This document shows positions 9,935 to 17,498 of a stretch of 64,000 nucleotides of DNA, one piece after another (the stretch's first letter is position 1; the number at the start of each line of letters is the position of its first letter). Origin of the DNA: Candidatus Omnitrophota bacterium (GTDB taxonomy: Bacteria; Omnitrophota; Gorgyraeia; Aquiviventales; Aquiviventaceae); NCBI GenBank assembly GCA_016209275.1, contig JACQWM010000007.1, positions 6,865 through 70,864 on the forward strand, given 5' to 3'. The translations under genes were made by a program, and so were the position numbers. The notes beneath the pieces are model-generated. The model did not search any database and was not told the origin of the DNA. It was given only the letters and a program-made list of their open reading frames with translations.

Positions 9935-11284
9935 TTAGCGGTCGAGTTCGCCGCCGATCATGTTGACGGAGCCGAACGTCGGGATGATGTCGGCCAGCAT
10001 ATCGCCGACGATGAGCTCGGGGAGTGCTGCCATAATCGCAAAGCATGGCGGGTGCACGCGCACCCGATACGGCCGATCCCCACCGTCGCTGACCACGTAG
10101 AAGCCGACTTCGCCATTCGCCCCCTCGACCGCGCTGTAGTACTCGCCAGCTGGGGGGCGCAGCCCATGGCCGAGCATGATCAGCTTAAAGTGGTTCATCA
10201 GCCCTTCGATGTTGCCATACGTGTCTTCTTTGGCCGGCAACGCCACCCGGCGCTCGCTGGAATAGACCGCCTCATGCGGCCCGCGCGTTGAGCCCTGCAG
10301 CGTTGGATCCAGCGTCACGCGCACCTGTTTGAATCCGGCCACCTGGCCCATCTTCGCCTCATCCACCATCACATTCGCCGGCAGCACGCGGCCTTCAGAG
10401 TCAATATTGATCGGACCGGCTGGGATGCTCGCCAAGGCCTGCTCGATGATGCGCATGCTCTGCTCCATTTCCTCCATGCGCACCAGATACCGGTCATAGT
10501 TATCGCCATGCTCACCCGTCGGGATATCGAATGACATGCGGTCGTAGACGAAATACGGCTGGCTCTTGCGCGTATCGAGTACGATTCCGCTGCCGCGCAG
10601 AAACGGCCCGGTGATCCCGTAGCTGATGGCGCGCTCTTTCGAGATGATCCCGGTCCCCTGCATCCGATCCGCAAAGATGCGGTTGCGCGTCAACAGCGTG
10701 TCGCACTCTAAAACCACCTTGCGAACCTCTTCAAGGACGCGGCGAGTCCATTCGGCGAATCCCTCGGGTAAATCGGCCTTGACCCCGCCGATGCGGCCAT
10801 AGGAGATCGTCAGGCGGGCTCCGGTGACCGCCTCAACCAGCTCCCACAGCCATTCGCGAGCCTTGATCATGTAGAGAAACACGGTAAAGGCGCCAATTTC
10901 CATCGCTGAAGCGCCAATGCAGGTCAGATGGTCGGTGATGCGGGAGATTTCGCTCATGATGACGCGGATGTATTGGCAGCGCTCGGTCACCTCGATGCCT
11001 AAGAGTCGCTCGACCGCAAGGCAAAACCCGAAATTATTGATCAGCGGCGAGACGTAGTTGAGCCGATCGGTGTACGGCATGACGTTGTTGTACGGCCCGC
11101 GCTCGCTTTCCTTTTCGAACGCGCGATGGAGATACCCGATCTCGACATCGCAGCCCATCACGCGCTCGCCGTCGAGCTCGACGATGAGCTGGACGATCCC
11201 GTGCATGGCCGGATGCGACGGGCCCATATTCAGAAACATGTGTCGAGTCTCAGTGGCCGAGTGGCCAAGTGGCTGGGCGGCCAT
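9935..11284 (-). CDS. nuoD: NADH-quinone oxidoreductase subunit D
   Basis: NMGPSHPAMHG, GYLHRAFEK, DRLNY, GELDR C-terminus. Confidence 0.96.
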   Translation of the reverse strand: MAAQPLGHSATETRHMFLNMGPSHPAMHGIVQLIVELDGERVMGCDVEIGYLHRAFEKESERGPYNNVMPYTDRLNYVSPLINNFGFCLAVERLLGIEVTERCQYIRVIMSEISRITDHLTCIGASAMEIGAFTVFLYMIKAREWLWELVEAVTGARLTISYGRIGGVKADLPEGFAEWTRRVLEEVRKVVLECDTLLTRNRIFADRMQGTGIISKERAISYGITGPFLRGSGIVLDTRKSQPYFVYDRMSFDIPTGEHGDNYDRYLVRMEEMEQSMRIIEQALASIPAGPINIDSEGRVLPANVMVDEAKMGQVAGFKQVRVTLDPTLQGSTRGPHEAVYSSERRVALPAKEDTYGNIEGLMNHFKLIMLGHGLRPPAGEYYSAVEGANGEVGFYVVSDGGDRPYRVRVHPPCFAIMAALPELIVGDMLADIIPTFGSVNMIGGELDR

Positions 11285-11865
11285 TAGTTCATTGGACCAA
11301 TCAGTGGTTGGCGTCTGCGGACGGGATAGTCTTTGCGCAGCGGATGGCCTGTGAACTCTTCGTACATCAGGATGCGGCGCAGGTTTGGATGGCCGGTAAA
11401 GCGGATGCCGAACATGTCCCAGACCTCGCGCTCATACCAATCCGCCGAGGCCCACACACCGGTCAGCGACGGCACGGTCGTATGAGCCATCGCCACCGGC
11501 ACGCGCACGCGCAGCCGATGGTTGTGAGCCGTGGAATAGAAATGATAGACGAGATCGAACCGATAATCATCATTGGAAACTCCCCGCTCCCACGTTTCGG
11601 TCACCGGACGCGGTGTCATGTAGTACGGCAAGGGTGACGGGGTCACGAGGGTGGGGGCGCTGTGTTGTGCAGTGCCGAATTTGAGGTAGTCCACGCAGGA
11701 AAGGTCCATGAGCATATCGAAGTACTGCGCAGCATCATCACGCAGATACCGTGCCACGTCAAGCAACCCTTCGCGTTTGAGCACGACGGTCTGCTGCCCG
11801 CGAAAGATCCGCGCAGCGATCACGTGCTGCGGAAACCGTTGTCGAATTGCCTCTGCCAAATTCAT
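11284..11865 (-). CDS. nuoC: NADH-quinone oxidoreductase subunit C
   Basis: WYEREVWDMFGIRFTGHPNLRRIL, GHPLRKDYP. Confidence 0.95.
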   Translation of the reverse strand: MNLAEAIRQRFPQHVIAARIFRGQQTVVLKREGLLDVARYLRDDAAQYFDMLMDLSCVDYLKFGTAQHSAPTLVTPSPLPYYMTPRPVTETWERGVSNDDYRFDLVYHFYSTAHNHRLRVRVPVAMAHTTVPSLTGVWASADWYEREVWDMFGIRFTGHPNLRRILMYEEFTGHPLRKDYPVRRRQPLIGPMN

Positions 11866-12410
11866 TTGGCGCTCCACAGGTGGGCTTCGGGACGATGCGG
11901 AACCTGCAATTCACGTGGGCGGCCGGCAGGACCCAGCGGATCCTTCGCAGAAGCACCCTGGGCGATCTTTTCCTGAAGTTTCATCAGTCCGTCCAGCACG
12001 TTCTCCGGACGCGGCGGGCAGCCCGGGATGTAGATATCAACGGGCACCACCGTGTCGATGCCCATGACGGTGGCGTAGTTGTCGTAAAATCCTCCAGTGC
12101 ACGTGCACACGCCGAAGGCCACGACCCATTTCGGATCCGCCATCTGGTCATAGATGCGGCGCAGCACCGGCGCCAGCTTATGGCTGATCGTGCCGACGAC
12201 AAAGAGCACATCCGCCTGCCGAGGCGAGAACCGCGGAAAGCCTGCGCCGAAGCGATCCATGTCGTAGTGGGAGGTCGCCGTCGCCATGTATTCCATCCCG
12301 CAGCAGGCAGTGACAAAGGGATATTGGAAAATAGAAAACTTGCGCGCCCAACCCAGGGCCGCATCCAACTTGGTCGTCATCCAGCTGAGTTTTGAGGTAT
12401 CCGCAACCAT
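11862..12410 (-). CDS. nuoB: NADH-quinone oxidoreductase subunit B
   Basis: ACCGME, SPRQAD, PGCPPRPE. Confidence 0.97.
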   Translation of the reverse strand: MVADTSKLSWMTTKLDAALGWARKFSIFQYPFVTACCGMEYMATATSHYDMDRFGAGFPRFSPRQADVLFVVGTISHKLAPVLRRIYDQMADPKWVVAFGVCTCTGGFYDNYATVMGIDTVVPVDIYIPGCPPRPENVLDGLMKLQEKIAQGASAKDPLGPAGRPRELQVPHRPEAHLWSAK

Positions 12411-12763
12411 TATTTAAACTCCAACGCGCCCTGCTTCCAGGCATAGATGAACCCCGCGACCACGATCAGCAAAAAGAACCCCATTTCCAGGATGCCAAAC
12501 CACCCCAGCTCTCTCACTAAGACCGCCCAGGGGAACAAAAACACCAGCTCGACGTCGAAGACCACAAACAGCATCGCCACGACGTAGAAATGCACCGGCA
12601 GCCGGCCGGCCGGCAGCGCGATGGGGTCTTTGCCACACTCAAACGGCTGGGCCTTGACCGGATTCGGCTGTTTCGGCCCCAGGAAGGCATTGAAGGACAA
12701 CAGGAGCGCCGCAACCCCGGCGGCAAGGGCAGCCAAAATCAGTATGGCGGCATATTCGATCAT
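12410..12763 (-). CDS. nuoA: NADH-quinone oxidoreductase subunit A
   Basis: PFECG, FDVELVFLFPWA, YAWKQGALE. Confidence 0.96.
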   Translation of the reverse strand: MIEYAAILILAALAAGVAALLLSFNAFLGPKQPNPVKAQPFECGKDPIALPAGRLPVHFYVVAMLFVVFDVELVFLFPWAVLVRELGWFGILEMGFFLLIVVAGFIYAWKQGALEFK

Positions 12764-12862
12764 CGGCGAAATGTTTCACAGCTTGGGGTTTGAACAGCGG
12801 CCTCGGCGTGGTCGGCCGAGGCTGTCCGGGGGATTATAGCAGGTTTTATTTATTGTAGTCGA
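12764..12862 (-). promoter_or_regulatory. nuoA promoter (extended -10) and Rex-like operator next to the start codon
   Basis: TGcTATAAT at 12833-12841; CTGTGAAACATTTCGCCG at 12764-12781 resembles the Rex consensus TTGTGAA-N4-TTCACAA. Confidence 0.5.
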
Positions 12863-13280
12863 GGCCGCGCTCGAGGAATTGTTCGTCCATCTTCTTGGGC
12901 GCGAAATAGCTGCGGACGAACGCTTTGAGCGGCTCGATCTCAAACTGGCGGCAGCTATAGACGTCGATCGAAATGAAATCTTTCGGGGTGAGCGTGTGCA
13001 GCTGGATGCCGCTTTCGACCAGGGGAATCCAGCCGGAGAGGCCGGCTTTATCGGGAAATCGCTTGCCGTCGGTGCGGAAGATGAAGGGCGGCGACTGCGG
13101 CTCCACCTTCAAGACGCGCACAATTTCTTCAAGGAAATTGTAGCAGAGGGTCAGATCGTCACAGGCCCCCCGCTTGCAGTCATAGAGATCGAGAAGCAGT
13201 TGATAGCCAAATGGGGCGACGAGCCGCCGTTTGGGTTTGCTCGCTTCGGCGGTTTCGGGCAGATCACACACCTGGGGCAT
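12846..13280 (-). CDS. speD: Pyruvoyl-dependent S-adenosylmethionine decarboxylase proenzyme-like protein
   Basis: GYQLLLDLYDC; LVES cleavage site; LHT; IDVYSC; strong AGGAGG RBS before MPQV. Confidence 0.75.
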   Translation of the reverse strand: MPQVCDLPETAEASKPKRRLVAPFGYQLLLDLYDCKRGACDDLTLCYNFLEEIVRVLKVEPQSPPFIFRTDGKRFPDKAGLSGWIPLVESGIQLHTLTPKDFISIDVYSCRQFEIEPLKAFVRSYFAPKKMDEQFLERGLDYNK

Positions 13281-13293
13281 ACACCCTCCTCCT

Positions 13294-13336
13294 ACAAGAA
13301 AAATGCAACACCCCGGCGGTTTTCCCGTCGGGGCGA
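13294..13336 (-). terminator. Intrinsic terminator-like hairpin in the speD leader
   Basis: CGCCCCGACGG-GAAAA-CCGCCGGGGTG followed by TTGCATTTTTCTT on the minus strand. Confidence 0.6.
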
Positions 13337-13398
13337 TCAGTCGTGACACGCGAATTGTGTGTTGGTCGTTCGTTCAGTACGGCACCGTCCTGAGTGTC

Positions 13399-13426
13399 AT
13401 CATATAACAAGCCGCTCGATTGTCAA
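13399..13426 (-). promoter_or_regulatory. Sigma70-type promoter upstream of the speD leader
   Basis: TTGACA-N16-TATGAT. Confidence 0.55.
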
Positions 13427-14022
13427 TATGATTTCATTGCCGCAAGCTCGCGGCGCAAAAGCTCCAGCGGCAGGCCGATGACGTTGCTGCGGGAACCCGC
13501 GATGCGGGCGATCAGCTCCCCGCGATCCGCCTGCCTGCGCCGCGCCCGGCGCGGCAGGCAGGCCTGCAGCGCATACCCTCCCGCCTTATCGAGCGGCGAG
13601 CTTCGCGCGAACAGCCGCTGAATCGCCCCACGGGTCATCGGCTGAAACGTGACCTGGGTCTTTTCATAGGCCGCGCGCATCCGTCCGGTCCCGGGATCAA
13701 GCAGGCACAGGCCGGTATACACCCAATGGCTATTGCCGCTCAGCTTCTTCAAGAGGCGGAATGCCGCGCGCATCGTGCTGGGTTTGCCAATAACGCGCCC
13801 TTGGAAATAGAGGAAGGTGTCAGCGCCAATGACGATCCCGGAAGCGCGCAGCGGGAGTTTCGCGCAGCGCGCCTTGCCGACCGCGTTGCGCATCGCGTTC
13901 GCGGAGGGCGATTCGTTGCGGCGGATCGTCTCGCGATGGGCCGAACGGACGACGCGAAACGGCCGGCCGAGTTGACGGAGCAGCGCGCGGCGGCGGGGAG
14001 ACCGGGAGGCGAGATACAACAT
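13423..14022 (-). CDS. maf: Maf family nucleoside triphosphate pyrophosphatase
   Basis: LYLASRSPRR, IGADT, GKP, DKAGGY, NVIGLP. Confidence 0.93.
   Translation of the reverse strand: MLYLASRSPRRRALLRQLGRPFRVVRSAHRETIRRNESPSANAMRNAVGKARCAKLPLRASGIVIGADTFLYFQGRVIGKPSTMRAAFRLLKKLSGNSHWVYTGLCLLDPGTGRMRAAYEKTQVTFQPMTRGAIQRLFARSSPLDKAGGYALQACLPRRARRRQADRGELIARIAGSRSNVIGLPLELLRRELAAMKSY
13529..13561 (-). repeat. 33-bp palindromic element (family A), in-frame within maf
   Basis: CTGCCTGCCGCGCCGGGCGCGGCGCAGGCAGGC after (CA)GGC; encodes CLPRRARRRQA. Confidence 0.85.
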
Positions 14023-14030
14023 CGACTAAG

Positions 14031-14981
14031 TTAAAACTCTTGAACGAGGGCTCGCATCTCGTTGACGGTCTGGGCGCGGTGGACACGATCACGGAAGGCC
14101 GCCGCTCCCGGATAAGTTCTGAAGTACCAGGCCACGATGCGGCGCAACGGCCCAACTGGATCATGGTCGTATTGCTCTTGCAGATCCATGTGCCGCAACA
14201 CCACGGTTTTGAGTTGCGCCATGTCAGGAAGCGGCGGGGCGGCTTCGTGCTGCAGCGCGGCTTCGATCTGCCGATAGATCCAGGGATTGCCCAGCGCCCC
14301 GCGCCCGATCATGACGCCATCGCAGCCTGAAACATCCAAGAGCCGCCGCGCGCTGGCCGCATCCACCACGTCGCCGTTGCCGATGACGGGAATCGACACC
14401 GCCTCCTTGACACGACGGATTGCCTCATAATTCGCAGCACCCGCGTAGCCTTGCTCGCGCGTGCGGCCGTGCACCGCCACGGCGTCGACCCCGCACTCCT
14501 GAGCAATCCGCGCAATCTGCGCGGCTTCGGCTCCCGTGCCATCCCTGAATCCTAGCCGCATTTTCACCGTGACGGGAACCCGCTGCACGGCGCGGACCAC
14601 GCGCCGAAAGATCTTCTCCGCCGCGCCCGGCTCGCGCAGGAGCATCGAGCCGCCCCCGTGGCTGACGATTTTTGGCACCGGGCAGCCCAGATTCAGATCG
14701 ACCAGGTCAAATCCCATGGCCTCGAGTGTGGCGGCGGCCTCGCCCATCACCTCGGGATGGCAGCCGACGAGCTGCGCGCCCACGGGGCGGTCCTCCGGCA
14801 GCGTTCGCATCATCTCATAGGTATGCTGGACGTTGCGCACCAGCGCCTCAGAAGAAATCATCTCCAGAAACGCAAAGCGCATGCCGGCGGCCCGGGCAAT
14901 GAGGCGAAACGGCAGGTCGGTGCAATTCGCCATCGGCGACTGCACCACCGTCGGTAACTCAAGCGTCTTGAGTCGAATCAT
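14031..14981 (-). CDS. dusB: tRNA-dihydrouridine synthase B
   Basis: SPMA..TDLPFR, DLNLGCP, HGRT, GNGDV, MIGRGALGNPW. Confidence 0.92.
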   Translation of the reverse strand: MIRLKTLELPTVVQSPMANCTDLPFRLIARAAGMRFAFLEMISSEALVRNVQHTYEMMRTLPEDRPVGAQLVGCHPEVMGEAAATLEAMGFDLVDLNLGCPVPKIVSHGGGSMLLREPGAAEKIFRRVVRAVQRVPVTVKMRLGFRDGTGAEAAQIARIAQECGVDAVAVHGRTREQGYAGAANYEAIRRVKEAVSIPVIGNGDVVDAASARRLLDVSGCDGVMIGRGALGNPWIYRQIEAALQHEAAPPLPDMAQLKTVVLRHMDLQEQYDHDPVGPLRRIVAWYFRTYPGAAAFRDRVHRAQTVNEMRALVQEF

Positions 14982-15013
14982 CGTCCACCTATTATGCTAT
15001 ACTAAGGATCTTC

Positions 15014-16780
15014 ATGGTAGCCCCATCGACGAAAAAAAGCAGCTTGCCGCGTTTCTTACGCTACGTTCGCCCGTATCGGCTGGTACTCGTAGGTGCCGTC
15101 GGCTTCGGGGTCATCCGCTATCTGATCCCCCTGTCCCTCCCCTGGACGATCAAGATTCTCGTGGATGACGTTCTCAAGCCCTCCGCGGCCATCTCCCACG
15201 GCCGGCTCCATTTGATCATGTGGGGGCTGTGCGCGCTCTTCGCGCTCTATGCCGTGGCCAGCTATTGGCGCTCCTACTTCGCCGGTCTCGCCGGCCACCG
15301 TGTCATCTTCGATCTGCGGCAAGCGCTGTATCTGCACGTGCAGCGCATGAGCCTGAGCTTCTTCGAGCGGCAGAAAATCGGCGCGGTCGTCTCGCGGATG
15401 ACGACAGACATCGCCTCCGCCCAGAACTTCGTCGGGGCGGCCTTCGTCAACACCATCATGGACCTGTCGTGCGTGGTGGTGATTATCGGCTTGCTCTTCT
15501 GGGCGCATCCGAGGCTCGCACTGGTCTCGCTGGCCGTGCTGCCCTTGTACGTCGTGATCACCTACGTGTTGCAAAAGGACATCCGCAAGCAAAGCCGCGT
15601 CATGCATTACCAACTGCAGGAAATGTCCGGGGACTTGCATGAGCAATTCGCAGGCATCTCAACGATCCAGGCGTTCACGCAGGAAGAACACGAAGCGCAA
15701 GGATTTCGCGCGCAAAGCGAAGAATATTTTCAGACCGTGATGAGCAGCGTGAAGCTGCAATCCATCGCGCTGGGCGCCACGGGTTTTCTGACCTCGATCG
15801 GCCCCATCCTCGTGCTGTGGTTCGGCGCCACCGAAGTGTGGGCCAGCCGGCTCACCGTCGGCACCCTGATGGCGTTTTACGGCTACCTCGGGTTGCTCTA
15901 CGCGCCCATCCAACGGCTCACTGAGTTGAATTTGATCCTCGCCAACAGTTTAGCCGCGATGGACCGCATCTTCGAGGTCTTTGACACGTTCTCTGACGTG
16001 CAGGAACGGCCCGGGGCCGTCGCGCTGACACGGGGGCGCGGCGAAATCCGGTTTGAACATCTCAGTTTCAAATACGCCGAGCGGGGCTTCGTCCTCAACA
16101 ACCTCACGCTGACCATCCCAGCCGGCACTACGGCGGCCTTGATCGGTCCCAGCGGGGCCGGAAAATCCACGCTGGTCAAACTCTTGCCCCGCTATTATGA
16201 CGTCACGGAAGGGCGCATTGTGATCGATGGCATCGACATCCGGCAGGCCACGCTGAAATCGCTGCGCGAGCACATTGCCATCGTTTCGCAAGAGCCGATT
16301 TTGTTCAGCGGAACGATCGAGGAAAACTTACGGTACGGGAAACCGCAGGCCGGCGCGGACGCCTTGCGCGCCGCGGCCCGCGCGGCGTTCGCGCACAGCT
16401 TCATCGAACAGTTGCCGAAAGGGTATGACACCGAAATCGGCGAACGCGGTGTGAGGCTCTCCGGCGGGCAGAAACAGCGGCTGGCGATTGCGCGGGCCTT
16501 CCTCAAGGATGCCCCGATCCTCATCCTTGATGAGCCGACGTCAGCGCTCGATGCGGAATCCGAGGCATTGGTCAAACAGGCCCTCACACGCTTGCTGGAA
16601 GGGCGCACCGCGCTGATCATCGCGCATCGGCTCTCGACGATCCAGCACGCGGATGTGGTCGTGGTCCTTGATCAGGGCCGGATTATTGAAGAGGGGCCTC
16701 ACGAGGAATTGTTGCGACGCGCTGGCAGTCTCTACCGGCGCTATGCCGAGCAGCAATTATCGCTGTCGCTGACGTCATAG
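15014..16780 (+). CDS. ABC exporter, fused permease/ATPase (MsbA/Sav1866-like)
   Basis: N-terminal TMD, GPSGAGKS, LSGGQKQR, ILDEPT. Confidence 0.93.
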   Translation: MVAPSTKKSSLPRFLRYVRPYRLVLVGAVGFGVIRYLIPLSLPWTIKILVDDVLKPSAAISHGRLHLIMWGLCALFALYAVASYWRSYFAGLAGHRVIFDLRQALYLHVQRMSLSFFERQKIGAVVSRMTTDIASAQNFVGAAFVNTIMDLSCVVVIIGLLFWAHPRLALVSLAVLPLYVVITYVLQKDIRKQSRVMHYQLQEMSGDLHEQFAGISTIQAFTQEEHEAQGFRAQSEEYFQTVMSSVKLQSIALGATGFLTSIGPILVLWFGATEVWASRLTVGTLMAFYGYLGLLYAPIQRLTELNLILANSLAAMDRIFEVFDTFSDVQERPGAVALTRGRGEIRFEHLSFKYAERGFVLNNLTLTIPAGTTAALIGPSGAGKSTLVKLLPRYYDVTEGRIVIDGIDIRQATLKSLREHIAIVSQEPILFSGTIEENLRYGKPQAGADALRAAARAAFAHSFIEQLPKGYDTEIGERGVRLSGGQKQRLAIARAFLKDAPILILDEPTSALDAESEALVKQALTRLLEGRTALIIAHRLSTIQHADVVVVLDQGRIIEEGPHEELLRRAGSLYRRYAEQQLSLSLTS

Positions 16781-16784
16781 ATCA

Positions 16785-16814
16785 ATATCAGATATCGAAT
16801 TCGATATCTGATAT
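16785..16814. repeat. Family B perfect palindrome between convergent genes
   Basis: ATATCAGATATCGAATTCGATATCTGATAT. Confidence 0.9.
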
Positions 16815-16817
16815 CGC

Positions 16818-17498
16818 CTAGCGTTTGACGAAAAAGACGTTCGCGGACAACCAAGACGCAGCCAGGCCGCCGAGGATCGGGCCGAGCCAGTAGACCACAT
16901 GCCGATGGTCAAGCGCGCCGCCGAGGAGCGCTGGGCCGAAGGCCCGCGCAGGATTCATGGCCGCCCCGGTGACCGGGCCGCCGAGGAGCATACCACACGC
17001 CAGCACGGCGCCGATCCCCCACCCGGCCGCCGCGGACCCGCCGCCTTGGGAGTTGCCCGCCGCGCCGAAAACGGCGAGCACGAGGAAAAACGTCAAGACC
17101 GCCTCAATCACCAGCGCTTGGCCCACCGTCACCGCGGTGATCGATGGCGCGCCGAGGCGCGCGGCGCGCCACACCTCGCTCGGCAGCAACAGCCGAAGCA
17201 CGAGCGCGGCACTCGCCGCCCCCGCGAGCTGGGAACACACGTACGCCGTCGCCGTCTGACGATCGGTGCGATTGACGCTGAGCATCGCCACGGTCACGGC
17301 GGGGTTGAAATGCCCGCCTGAGACGCGCCCGAGGGCTGCGATCATGGCTCCGAAGACGGCGCCATGCGCGACCGCAATCCCTAACACCCCCAGCGCCCCG
17401 CCGCTCCAATGATTCATGCACACGGCCCCCGCCCCGATGAACACCAGCGCAAATGTTCCGACCCCTTCCGCGATGACCGCAGCGCTCGCGCTCATCAC
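16818..17498 (-). CDS. Aquaporin (MIP family)
   Basis: SGGHFNPAVT and AMNPARAFGP motifs. Confidence 0.95.
   Translation of the reverse strand: MMSASAAVIAEGVGTFALVFIGAGAVCMNHWSGGALGVLGIAVAHGAVFGAMIAALGRVSGGHFNPAVTVAMLSVNRTDRQTATAYVCSQLAGAASAALVLRLLLPSEVWRAARLGAPSITAVTVGQALVIEAVLTFFLVLAVFGAAGNSQGGGSAAAGWGIGAVLACGMLLGGPVTGAAMNPARAFGPALLGGALDHRHVVYWLGPILGGLAASWLSANVFFVKR

Noticed and set aside
13355-13395. Guanidine-III or SAM-I riboswitch
   Set aside because: The similarity is superficial (GTGCCGTAC); the 3' pseudoknot partner and SAM-I core elements are missing.
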